Below, piece after piece: positions 20,090 through 29,238 of a stretch of DNA of 60,054 bases; the first letter of the stretch is position 1; each line of letters begins with the position of its first letter. The stretch covers positions 1 through 60,054 of the forward strand of contig JBBQXQ010000006.1 in the NCBI GenBank assembly GCA_038209515.1, in the 5' to 3' direction. The stretch comes from Gemmatimonadales bacterium (GTDB taxonomy: Bacteria > Gemmatimonadota > Gemmatimonadetes > Gemmatimonadales > GWC2-71-9). The position numbers and the translations under genes are program-made. The notes under the pieces are model-generated. The model was not told the origin of the DNA, searched no databases, and worked only from the letters and a program-made list of their open reading frames with translations.

Positions 20090-20820
20090 CCTCGCACCGT
20101 TTCCAGAAGAGAGTAGTTGGTCAGATCCATGTGGAGTGGGGTGACCGAGATAAAGCCTTCCGCGACGGCCAGGTGGTCGGAGTTCTCGCCGCCGGTCCAG
20201 GTGATGGTCCCGCCACCGATCCAGTAGATCTCCCGGCCCCACGGATCCTTCATCCGGGTGAGCGACTCCGAGAAGTACCGGCTCCCGAGCTTAGTGACCT
20301 GGATACCCTTGACCTCTGATGCCGGAACCCTTGGCAGATTGATGTTGAGCAGCATCAGCTCGGGGAAGTCCCGCACGCTAGTAATACGCTGGATGAGCTC
20401 GACCAGCAGGTGGCGATAGGTGGCCATCGTTTCGGGCTGATTGCCGGCGAAGGAGATGCCGATCCCCGGAACTCCCAGGGTCACCGCTTCCATGGCGGCC
20501 GCAACCGTGCCCGAATACAGCACGTCCTCGCCCATGTTGGGACCATGGTTCACCCCGGAGAACACGAAATCTGGGCGTTCGGGCATCAGCGCCTGGAGGG
20601 CGAGCATCACGCAATCGGTGGGGGTGCCGTCGATCTGCCATGCGCCGTCGGGGCGCCGAGTAGGCCGCAGCGGCCGGTGCAAGGTGAGCGAGTGCGATGT
20701 ACCGCTCTGCTCCCGATCAGGAGCCACGACGGTCACGGTACCCACTTCCCTGCAGGCGTCAGCCAGCAGGGCGATACCGGGCGCCAGCATGCCGTCGTCG
20801 TTGCTGACCAGGATATTCAT
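20071..20820 (-). CDS. surE: 5'/3'-nucleotidase SurE
   Basis: ILVSNDDG, APDREQSG, GTPTDCV, SGVNHGPNMG, YSGTVAAA, SVTPL. Confidence 0.97.
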   Translation of the reverse strand: MNILVSNDDGMLAPGIALLADACREVGTVTVVAPDREQSGTSHSLTLHRPLRPTRRPDGAWQIDGTPTDCVMLALQALMPERPDFVFSGVNHGPNMGEDVLYSGTVAAAMEAVTLGVPGIGISFAGNQPETMATYRHLLVELIQRITSVRDFPELMLLNINLPRVPASEVKGIQVTKLGSRYFSESLTRMKDPWGREIYWIGGGTITWTGGENSDHLAVAEGFISVTPLHMDLTNYSLLETVRGWSLEG

Positions 20821-21212
20821 CGCGGGGCGGCGGGGCTGCCCCGCTGCCCCGCTTTGCCCTCCAACACATCAATCACTTCCTGGATACTGGTGCTCAGCTC
20901 CTGCGCCAGCTCCGTCTCGAAGGCGCGGTGCGCCGAGACCCGCAGCTCGCCTGTTCTGCGGTAGTGATCGACCCGCTGGCGCGCGCCCTCGATCGTAAAC
21001 TTCTCGGTGTAGAGCAGATGCTTCACCAGCATGATCAGCTCCACCTCCCGGCCCTTATACACCCGGTTCCCGGAGCGGTTCTTGGCCGGATTGAGGAAAC
21101 GAAACTGGCTTTCCCAGTAGCGCAGCACGTGGGGCTTGAGGTCGGTCAGCCCGCAGACCTCACCGATCGAGTAGAATTCCTGGACCGGTCGGGGGGTGGT
21201 GGTCGTTGTCAT
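20817..21212 (-). CDS. MerR-family HTH transcriptional regulator (short)
   Basis: YSIGEV...PHVLRYWE.F..L.P.KNRSGNR.Y, LLY...FTIEGAR; ATGA overlap with gpsA. Confidence 0.9.
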   Translation of the reverse strand: MTTTTTPRPVQEFYSIGEVCGLTDLKPHVLRYWESQFRFLNPAKNRSGNRVYKGREVELIMLVKHLLYTEKFTIEGARQRVDHYRRTGELRVSAHRAFETELAQELSTSIQEVIDVLEGKAGQRGSPAAPR

Positions 21213-22207
21213 TTCCACTGCTCCGACTTGAGTTCCCGTGCCATCAGCTCAGCGATCCCCTCGCGAGCCGGCTTCCCGCTGAACAAAACTTCACAGACTT
21301 TCTGGGTGATGGGAAGCTCCACCCCGGTCCGCACCCCGAGTGCCGCGCCGGCCTTCGAAGTGTTGGCCCCTTCAGCTATGCTGCGGTGCGCAGCGCGATA
21401 CTCATCCAATGTCTGGCCCTGGCCCAGCGCTACCCCCAGCCCACGGTTGCGGCTGAGATCGCCCGTCGTTGTCAGGATGAGATCGCCCATCCCGGCGAGA
21501 CCGGCAAACGTCTGCGGCTTGGCGCCGAGTGCGACGCCCAGACGGGTGATCTCGGCCAACCCTCGCGTGATCAGGGCGGCCCTCGGATTGTGGCCCATCC
21601 CGAGCCCCTCCAGGATTCCAGCGGCGATGGCGATGACGTTCTTGAGCGCTCCCGCCAGCTCCACCCCGACGACGTCATCGTGGGAGTACACCCGGAACCG
21701 CGGCGTGGCGAAGATGCGTTGCGCGTCTCGAGCCGTCGACTCGTCCCTGGCTGCGGCCACGACCAGGGTGGGCTGCCCCTGGCACACCTCGATGGCGAAG
21801 CTGGGACCGGAGAGAGCGGCGAAGCGCGCCTCCGGGAGACACTCCTCGAACACCGCGGACATGAGGGCCAAAGTATCGGTCTCGATTCCCTTAGTGGCGC
21901 TTACAACGAGGGTGCCGGGCCGTACCACGCCACGTATCCGGTTGACCACCGAGCGCACCGCATGACTCGGCGGGGCGGATACGATCACCGCCGCGTCCGC
22001 CACCGCCTCCCGGGCGTCCGCGAAGGCGCGCAATCCCGCCTCCAGGCGCACGCCAGGCAGGAACACCGGATTCTCGTGACTACGGTTGATCGCCTCGACT
22101 ACTTCGGGCTCGTAGGCCCACAGCCGAACAGTCTCCCCTTTGGCCGCGAGCAGATTTGCCAGAGTCGTGCCCCAGCTCCCTCCACCGAGCACAGCGACCA
22201 GCGTCAT
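21209..22207 (-). CDS. gpsA: NAD(P)H-dependent glycerol-3-phosphate dehydrogenase
   Basis: GGGSWGT, ATKGIE, LSGPSFA, GALKNVIA, GLAGMGDLILT, SRNR. Confidence 0.97.
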   Translation of the reverse strand: MTLVAVLGGGSWGTTLANLLAAKGETVRLWAYEPEVVEAINRSHENPVFLPGVRLEAGLRAFADAREAVADAAVIVSAPPSHAVRSVVNRIRGVVRPGTLVVSATKGIETDTLALMSAVFEECLPEARFAALSGPSFAIEVCQGQPTLVVAAARDESTARDAQRIFATPRFRVYSHDDVVGVELAGALKNVIAIAAGILEGLGMGHNPRAALITRGLAEITRLGVALGAKPQTFAGLAGMGDLILTTTGDLSRNRGLGVALGQGQTLDEYRAAHRSIAEGANTSKAGAALGVRTGVELPITQKVCEVLFSGKPAREGIAELMARELKSEQWK

Positions 22208-22830
22208 CGAGGCGGTGTGGTCGCCGCCCGCGCGCGACGGCCGAAGCGGTTCTCCGTCCCCCTAATCAGCCGCTGGATATTGCGCCGGTGAAGGAAGATC
22301 ACCCCTGCGGCCACGGCCACATCGATCCACAGCAGCTCGGCTGTCGTTGGACGCTCCAGCAAGTAGACCGCAACCGGAAGTACCGCAGCTGCGGCTATGC
22401 TGCCGAGCGAGACGTACCCGGTCAGCAGCACCAGCACCGCCCAGACGGCGGCAGCGACGGCGAGCGCCAGCGGCGTCAGGCCCAACATGACCCCGGCAGC
22501 CGTGGCCACTCCCTTCCCTCCTTTGAATCCCACGAACACGGAGAAGACGTGGCCTAGGATGGCGGCCACTCCGCATGCCAGTGCGAACAGCTCGGAGTCC
22601 GCCACGCGCGGCGCAAAGACGAGGACGGGGATGGCACCCTTGGCGACATCGAACAGCGCAACCGGAATTGCGTACTTCCACCCCAGCACTCGGTAGAGAT
22701 TCGTCGCGCCGAGGTTGCCGCTGCCATGTTCTCGCAGATCGATTTTGGCGAATAGTCGGCTGACCAGATGGCTTGTCGGAATGGCGCCGAGAAGATAGGA
22801 GGCGAGCAGCGCGAGCGCGGCTTCGAGCAT
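22204..22830 (-). CDS. plsY: Glycerol-3-phosphate acyltransferase PlsY
   Basis: YLLGAIP, DLREHGSGNLGATN, GHVFS..FKGGKGVAT, HRRNIQRL..GTE. Confidence 0.97.
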   Translation of the reverse strand: MLEAALALLASYLLGAIPTSHLVSRLFAKIDLREHGSGNLGATNLYRVLGWKYAIPVALFDVAKGAIPVLVFAPRVADSELFALACGVAAILGHVFSVFVGFKGGKGVATAAGVMLGLTPLALAVAAAVWAVLVLLTGYVSLGSIAAAAVLPVAVYLLERPTTAELLWIDVAVAAGVIFLHRRNIQRLIRGTENRFGRRARAATTPPR

Positions 22831-24152
22831 CAGCGGCGAGACCCTCGTCGGGTGAACTTCAGTCGCAGCGGAGACCCGGAAAACGGCCAGGCCTCGCGGA
22901 AGCCATGCACCAGATAACGCTGATAGGACTCCGGCACCTCATCGGGCCTGTTGCTCACGATGGCCAGCGTCGGAGGAGCCGTTCCGATTTGTGAGGCGTA
23001 GAGCAGCTTGACCTCCTCGCCTGGTTTCTGGGGCGGCGCGTTGCGCTCGATCAACTCGGCCAGCACCTTGTTCACTTCCGCAGTGGGAACTCGCAGCTCG
23101 CGTCCCTCCGCGACTTCGATGATCTGATCGAGCACCTTGCGTACCCGTTGCCCGGTCAGGGCGGACACATATAGGAAAGGCACGTAGCGGAGGAATGGCG
23201 CCTTGGCGATCAGCGCCTCCTGGCCCTGTCGCGCAGTGTTGGCATCCTTCTCCTCGACCAGGTCCCACTTGTTCACTAGGACGATCAAGCCGCAGCCCTT
23301 GTCCCAGGCCTGGGTCGCAATCCGGAGATCCTGGTTGTGCATACCGACCGTCGCGTCCACTACGACCACGCAGACGTGGGCCCGTTCAATCGCGCGTTCA
23401 GTCCTCAGTGTGGAGTAGAACTCAAGATCATCTTCTACTTTAGCCCGACGTCGTAAGCCTGCAGTATCAATGAAGTTGAGTGTTTTACCCTGAAAGCGCA
23501 AGACAGAGTCGATGGCGTCGCGAGTGGTGCCGGCCTGGGGTGCCACCAGATGGCGCTCCTCGCCGAGGAGGCGGTTGACCAGGGAGGACTTGCCCACATT
23601 GGGCCGACCCACGACCGCCACGTTGATGGAATCCTCGGCTTCTCCCGGGTCGTAAGGGGGAAGACGCTCGACAACGGCGTCGAGGAGATCGCCGCTCCCT
23701 TTCCCAATCGCCGCGCTCACCCCGACCGCATCGCCGAAGCCCAATGAGTAGAAGGCATACTGCTCGGTGCTGCTTTCCAGGTTGTCGAGCTTATTGACCG
23801 CGAGCAGCACCGGCCGGCCAGCTTTCCGCAGGTGCTCGGCAATGGCACGGTCTACTGGATTCAGACCCTCGCGCCCATCCACCACAAAGAGCACGACGTC
23901 GGATTCGTCGAGCGCAAAATCTACCTGCTGGCGGATGGCTCGATCCATCGAGTCGGCCGATTCCGGCACCAACCCACCCGTGTCCACTACCCAGAACCGC
24001 CGTCCCTGCCACTCGGCATCACCGAAGTGCCGGTCCCGCGTCGTCCCGGGACGCTCGGAGACGATCGCCGGCCGGCCACCCAGAAGCCGGTTGAAGAGGG
24101 TGGACTTGCCAACGTTGGGGCGACCGATGATCGCGACGGTAGGCTTGCTCAT
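22830..24152 (-). CDS. der: Ribosome biogenesis GTPase Der (EngA)
   Basis: Two tandem G domains (GRPNVGKS twice, DTGG/DTAG, NKLD/NKWD) and a KH-like C-terminus. Confidence 0.98.
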   Translation of the reverse strand: MSKPTVAIIGRPNVGKSTLFNRLLGGRPAIVSERPGTTRDRHFGDAEWQGRRFWVVDTGGLVPESADSMDRAIRQQVDFALDESDVVLFVVDGREGLNPVDRAIAEHLRKAGRPVLLAVNKLDNLESSTEQYAFYSLGFGDAVGVSAAIGKGSGDLLDAVVERLPPYDPGEAEDSINVAVVGRPNVGKSSLVNRLLGEERHLVAPQAGTTRDAIDSVLRFQGKTLNFIDTAGLRRRAKVEDDLEFYSTLRTERAIERAHVCVVVVDATVGMHNQDLRIATQAWDKGCGLIVLVNKWDLVEEKDANTARQGQEALIAKAPFLRYVPFLYVSALTGQRVRKVLDQIIEVAEGRELRVPTAEVNKVLAELIERNAPPQKPGEEVKLLYASQIGTAPPTLAIVSNRPDEVPESYQRYLVHGFREAWPFSGSPLRLKFTRRGSRR

Positions 24153-25426
24153 GCCGCAACCGGTTCGTGCAGGGCGTCGGCAAAGTCCTTGGAGAGGCGG
24201 ACCTCAACGGGGACTGAGGCGCCGAGAAGGTCGAAGCTCATGCTGTCGATGAAGAGGCCATCGTCATTCACTGACTCACCCGGGAGGAGCACGAGGTCCA
24301 GATCGCGCCGGACCCGAAGGGCCTGCTGCATCGCCACACCCGGCAAGAGACCCGCAGTGGTGACACTCGGTCCGAACAGCGTATTCACCACCGGGATCAG
24401 CTCGAACTCCGAGCCGGTGACGCGGGCGAGCGGCTCGAGAACCATCGGCATCAGCTGACTCATCGCCGTGCCGGTGACGACACCGATCCGCTTCCGCTGC
24501 CATCCATGCAGGTTCGACGACTCGGCCTCGATCCGCTGCTGCAACCAGCGGACCGACCCCACCCCGTTCTCCACCTGGTCGAAGCCATCGTAGATCCCGG
24601 CTGGTGGAAGCTCGACCCCCGCCCGCAGATAGAGCTCGTCGGCCCCAAAGGCCCAGTGAATCCCTCGTTCGGATACAGCGACGGCGGCTTGCTGCTCGAT
24701 GAGCGTGATGGCGGCCCGGCACTCCTCAGCGGTGGGCTCGCGCACGAGATGATGCTTGGAGTACTCGGTCAGGCCGACGGGAACGACTGAACATCCCACA
24801 ATGGCGGGCCCGAACCGGTACAGGTCATCGAGTGTCTGCCGCAGCACCGCTCCGTCATTGACGCCGGGCGACATCACGACTTGGGTGTGGAACTCGATAC
24901 CGTGCTCGGCGAACCGGTGTAGTTGGGGGATGATGTCGGGAGCCGTCGGATTTCGGAGCAGATAGCGCCGCACCGTGGGATCGGTGGCGTGTACCGAGAC
25001 ATACAGCGGGGAGAGCCGGTACTCCATGATCCGCTGCTCATCATGCGGCTTCAGATTGGTGAGGGTGGCGAAATTGCCGTAGCGGAAGGAGAGCCGATAG
25101 TCATCGTCCCTGATATAGAGCACATCGCGCAAGCCGTCGGGTAGGCCGTCTACGAAGCAGAAGTCACAGCGATTGGCGCAGCGACGAATACGCGGCGGCT
25201 CGAGACCGACGCCCAGCGGCTCGCCCAGCGGACGCTCGATATCGAACTCGATCTCTTCGCCGTCAGGCTGACGAACGTGGAGCAGGAATTCCTCTTCAGC
25301 AGTGAGAAACTCCCAGTCGAGAAAGTCCTCCAACTCCCGCCCGTTCACCGAGAGGAGCTCCGTTCCCGCTCTGAGCCCCAGCTCCGCTGCGATCGAATCG
25401 GGATGCACTGCCGTCACTCGGATCAT
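24149..25426 (-). CDS. PDZ + radical-SAM-like DUF512 protein
   Basis: N-terminal PDZ-like (SIAAELGL..G.ELLSVNG), CANRCDFC (CxxxCxxC), DDDYRLSFRYGNF, SVVPVGLT, QVENGVG; start ATG 25426 (TTG 25462 possible). Confidence 0.9.
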   Translation of the reverse strand: MIRVTAVHPDSIAAELGLRAGTELLSVNGRELEDFLDWEFLTAEEEFLLHVRQPDGEEIEFDIERPLGEPLGVGLEPPRIRRCANRCDFCFVDGLPDGLRDVLYIRDDDYRLSFRYGNFATLTNLKPHDEQRIMEYRLSPLYVSVHATDPTVRRYLLRNPTAPDIIPQLHRFAEHGIEFHTQVVMSPGVNDGAVLRQTLDDLYRFGPAIVGCSVVPVGLTEYSKHHLVREPTAEECRAAITLIEQQAAVAVSERGIHWAFGADELYLRAGVELPPAGIYDGFDQVENGVGSVRWLQQRIEAESSNLHGWQRKRIGVVTGTAMSQLMPMVLEPLARVTGSEFELIPVVNTLFGPSVTTAGLLPGVAMQQALRVRRDLDLVLLPGESVNDDGLFIDSMSFDLLGASVPVEVRLSKDFADALHEPVAA

Positions 25427-25594
25427 GCTGCCGCCATCGACAAAGAGCGCCTGCCAGGCCAAAGCCAGTAAAGATCGGCCTTTACCCGGTCAGATTCAAG
25501 CTCCCTGTGATGTTGTGCCCTAGTGGTGCTCCTTTGCATGTTACCAGGGACAGCGTTAGGCGGGTCGGCACGGGCATGCAGACAGGAGGCGGTG

Positions 25595-26608
25595 ATGGGA
25601 CTCAAGCTCAAACGGCTGGAAGATCAGGTCATCGTGATCACCGGTGGAACCAGTGGGATCGGACTCGCTACCGCGAAACGTGCGGCGGAACGCGGTGCGC
25701 GCGTCGTGCTGTGCTCCCGCAATGAGGCCGAGCTGCGGGATACTGTTGCCGGGATCGAGGAGCGTGGGGGAAAGGCCCGGTCCGTCGTGGCCGATGTGGC
25801 CGATCCCGCCGATGTGGAGCGGCTGGCCGCGGCGGCCATCGAGGGGTACGGCGCGCTCGACACCTGGGTGAACAACGCGGGGGTGTCATTCTATGGCAGG
25901 CTGGCCGAAGTTGACATCGAAGACATGAGACGACTGTTCGAGGTCAACTTCTGGGGCACCGTATTGGGCTCTCGAGCCGCCCTCCCCCACCTGCGGACCA
26001 ACGGTGGAGCGCTGATCAACATGGGCAGCATCGCATCCGACCGAGCCATTCCCTTGCAGGGAGCCTACTCCGCGTCGAAGCACGCGGTGAAGGGCTTTAC
26101 GGATGCGCTGCGCATGGAGCTGGAGGAGGAGAAGGCGCCCATCTCGGTGACCCTGATCAAGCCGTCCGCCATCGACACTCCCTATTTCCAGCATGCCAAG
26201 AACTATATGGCCGTCAATCCCAAACCCCCGGCCCCGGTGTACGCCCCCGAACTGGTGGCCAACGCAATCCTCCGAGCGGCCGAGCACCCGGTTCGCGATA
26301 TCACGATCGGCGGCGGTGGCCGGCTCATCTCGGCGGTCGGCACCGCCCTGCCCCGGCTGACCGATTTCTACATGGAGCGATCGATGTTTAGTTCGCAGCG
26401 CACGGACGTACCCGCGGAACAACCCGAGGGCAACCTGTACGAACCCACTGGCCAGGGAAAGGAGCGTGGCGAGTATCAGGGGTTGGTGCGGCGCTCGAGC
26501 CTGTATACGCAAACAGCGCTTTCACCCGTGAAAGCGCTGCTGGCGGCAGGACTGGGCCTGGCCGTGTTTGCCGGCATCCGCTCGCTCACGAGCTCGGACG
26601 ACGGCTGA
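25595..26608 (+). CDS. Short-chain dehydrogenase/reductase with C-terminal hydrophobic tail
   Basis: TGGTSGIG, NNAG, YSASK; SD AGGAGG before ATG 25595. Confidence 0.93.
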   Translation: MGLKLKRLEDQVIVITGGTSGIGLATAKRAAERGARVVLCSRNEAELRDTVAGIEERGGKARSVVADVADPADVERLAAAAIEGYGALDTWVNNAGVSFYGRLAEVDIEDMRRLFEVNFWGTVLGSRAALPHLRTNGGALINMGSIASDRAIPLQGAYSASKHAVKGFTDALRMELEEEKAPISVTLIKPSAIDTPYFQHAKNYMAVNPKPPAPVYAPELVANAILRAAEHPVRDITIGGGGRLISAVGTALPRLTDFYMERSMFSSQRTDVPAEQPEGNLYEPTGQGKERGEYQGLVRRSSLYTQTALSPVKALLAAGLGLAVFAGIRSLTSSDDG

Positions 26609-26614
26609 TCCGGA

Positions 26615-28741
26615 TTACTGAACCCGCACGATCTTGCCTTCCGAGGGTACGCGGTTCCGGTTGAGGATGAAGAGCAGGTAGTACCCCGGGGCGGCCGGCG
26701 CGGTGACGTTCACGCCGTTGGCCGTGGGGGTGAAGGGCAAGCTATTGGCGAGCTGGCCTCCGTCGAAGGCGTGAGTCACGGCGCCCAGCCGGATCCACCG
26801 CATCTCGGTGATCTGAGCTTTGTTTGGCGTGGCCACCTCGAACACCTCACCGCGACTGACGGCGGCCGGCGCAGAGGTGATCGTCGGCCGAACTCCCTTG
26901 AATAAGTATGGCGGTGAGAAGATCTCGTGGTTCCTTTCGGGCGGCACTTCTTGCGTGCCGGCCATCGCGTCACCGCTCGATCCGTGAAGCACGGTGCCAT
27001 CAGGGAGAAGCATCGAGACTGAGTGGTAGACCCGCATCTTGCTAGCGCTGGCCAGAGTCGTCCACTGCCCTGTCTTCGGATTCCAGAGCTCAGCCGCCTT
27101 CACCGCATCGGCCTGGTTGATGTCCACGAAGCTGCCGCCACGAGTACCCCCGGTGGCGAGCACTTGCCCATCGGGCAAGATGGTGGCGTTCATGTGGCGA
27201 CGCTTGTTGGCCATCGAGCCGGTGAACTGCCATGTCGGACTGGGCGAATTCAGATCAATGACTTCTGCCGTCTCAGTTGGCACATTGGTCTTCGGGTCGG
27301 GCGTTGGCCAGCTCGTATTACCGCCACCTCCCACCACCAGGATTTCCCCGGCCTCGTACATGACGGCCGAGCCGTAATCGCGATTGAAGCCATACCTGTG
27401 AGTTGGGCCGTCAGTCCAACTGCCACGGCCGCCGCCGACACCGGTGCCATCAACGTTGAACCAACGTGACCGGATTCGCTCACTGGCGTTGAAAATCAGC
27501 CCATTCTTCGGATCGACGAAATTCCTGGGATAGTACGGGATCTCCAGATTGCCGGCACCAGGCAGCTCGACCCAGTGACCTCCCTCCCAGATCTCGGGCG
27601 TGGTGACCACCAGGTTCGTTTGGTCGCGTCCAGCCATAGTCAGCGCCCGGCCGTCGGGCAGCACCGTCACGGTCGGGTACCAGCGGCCGTGCGCCATGTC
27701 AGGTCCGTCTGACACGGCACCGTCCTGAGTGAAGAATCGGGTCGTGGGGATACCTCGATCATCCTGGAGGTGGCCTCCCGACACCAGCAATCTGCCATCC
27801 GGCATCAGCGCAAACCCGGCGCAGAAGAGCATGGTATCGACCCTGATCATCTGAGCGCTGGTAGGCGGCCCCGCCGCAGGATTCCAGAGCCGCGGCATTC
27901 CCATGGTATCGGGAAGAACATCTCTCTTGCCCCAGGCAATGATGTTGCCGTTCGGCATCAGGCTCATTTCTAGAGGGACGATGTCCCACGGAACGACCGA
28001 CCCCCATTTGCCCATGCTCGCCTCAACCGGCAATGCCGAGACGGTCACCGGGGAAGAGGTTACAGTGGCAGCGCCCGCCGTGAACTCGATGGTGTGGTCC
28101 CCCGTGCCGTTGATACCGAGGTCGGTGAATCGGGCAATGCCGTTCGCGTCCGTCGTCGCGGTGGTCTTCCCTTCCAGTGCGCCACTGCCCGAGGCAATGC
28201 TGGCACTGACCGCCTGGCCTGGAACCGGGGTGCCGCCCGCCGCGGTGACCACCACCACCGGCTGAACGGTCGGGTTGAAGACTTCGCTGGTCAGCGCGGC
28301 GACCGGGGGGTTGGTCGTGATGACGATGCCGCCGTTGGGATTGCCTTCGATGGCCGTGGCCGCGAAAGTGACCGGGGAGCCCTGGAGTCCCGAAACCGTG
28401 GCGGTCGTGGTCTGCGCTCCAGGCGTCGGGCCAAGAACGCGGGTCACCGAGGCATGACCGTTCGATCCAGTCTTTACCGTCTCGGGCGAAACACTTCCGC
28501 CCCCCTGTACTTGCCAGGTTACGCTGACACCGGGCACCCCGTTGTTGTTGGCATCGGTAACCGCCACGACGAGCGGGCTCGGTAGGGCCGTCCCGACGGT
28601 GCCGGTTTGACCGTCGCCGCCGGCTGAGGAGATGTCGGTAGCGGTAGTGGGCTCGATGTTCGAGCCGCAGCGGAGGACGCTGAGAGCCAGGAGGCCAGCA
28701 ATGGCCCAGGGGCGGGTTTGCCAGAAACGAGTCATGGTCAC
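26615..28741 (-). CDS. Lipoprotein copper radical oxidase (AA5, galactose/glyoxal-oxidase-like) with N-terminal Big_1 Ig-like domains
   Basis: Signal ending SVLR-C; two Ig-like repeats (VTDANNNGVPGVSVTW, TTDANGIARF); kelch repeats; FCAG, RWYPT, RVYHS, THAFD active-site motifs; start GTG 28741 or ATG 28735. Confidence 0.88.
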   Translation of the reverse strand: MTMTRFWQTRPWAIAGLLALSVLRCGSNIEPTTATDISSAGGDGQTGTVGTALPSPLVVAVTDANNNGVPGVSVTWQVQGGGSVSPETVKTGSNGHASVTRVLGPTPGAQTTTATVSGLQGSPVTFAATAIEGNPNGGIVITTNPPVAALTSEVFNPTVQPVVVVTAAGGTPVPGQAVSASIASGSGALEGKTTATTDANGIARFTDLGINGTGDHTIEFTAGAATVTSSPVTVSALPVEASMGKWGSVVPWDIVPLEMSLMPNGNIIAWGKRDVLPDTMGMPRLWNPAAGPPTSAQMIRVDTMLFCAGFALMPDGRLLVSGGHLQDDRGIPTTRFFTQDGAVSDGPDMAHGRWYPTVTVLPDGRALTMAGRDQTNLVVTTPEIWEGGHWVELPGAGNLEIPYYPRNFVDPKNGLIFNASERIRSRWFNVDGTGVGGGRGSWTDGPTHRYGFNRDYGSAVMYEAGEILVVGGGGNTSWPTPDPKTNVPTETAEVIDLNSPSPTWQFTGSMANKRRHMNATILPDGQVLATGGTRGGSFVDINQADAVKAAELWNPKTGQWTTLASASKMRVYHSVSMLLPDGTVLHGSSGDAMAGTQEVPPERNHEIFSPPYLFKGVRPTITSAPAAVSRGEVFEVATPNKAQITEMRWIRLGAVTHAFDGGQLANSLPFTPTANGVNVTAPAAPGYYLLFILNRNRVPSEGKIVRVQ

Positions 28742-29107
28742 CGTGACGGCCTGGGCTGCAGGTCCGTCGGATCGAGGGTAAAAGGTGCTGCCGAGCCACC
28801 CCTACGCAGGTACCGGGCCGGAATCATCTCTGGTTTTGGCCACTAAAGCCCAATCACTACTTGGGCTTACATCTCTGCGCCGGGATGGCGTTGCATGGGC
28901 GCCACGGGAAGCCTAACGCCATTGCCTCACCCATTTCCAGGCAAGGGCGGAGGCAAGATCTACCTGCCTGGAGGCTCCTGCAGTGTCCCCCAACACCACC
29001 AAAGGCCAGTGCTTGGTTCCGTGGTTCAGCGCGGGATAAACGAGGTACCGCTCAATTCGGCGTGAAAGTCAGATGAGGGATTTCGCCTGCGGCAGAATCT
29101 GCTGAAG

Positions 29108-29179
<72 letters not shown>

Positions 29180-29191
29180 GGGTCGGAACGG

Positions 29192-29220
29192 AATGTGGTG
29201 TGATGTTAGGAGGAGGTCAA
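29192..29220 (-). promoter_or_regulatory. Putative sigma70 promoter of tRNA-Gly
   Basis: Minus strand TTGACC, 17 nt, CACATT just upstream of the tRNA 5' end. Confidence 0.5.
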
Positions 29221-29238
29221 GGCGATAACTTAGCGCCG

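Noticed and set aside
25565-25580. Sigma-54 promoter-like TCGGCACGGGCATGCA before the SDR
   Set aside because: GG-to-GC spacing is 9 nt, not the required 10, and it is too close to the SD
25430-29107. Prophage or integrative element at tRNA-Gly or tRNA-Arg
   Set aside because: No integrase, phage or transposase genes, and no duplicated tRNA 3' end was seen
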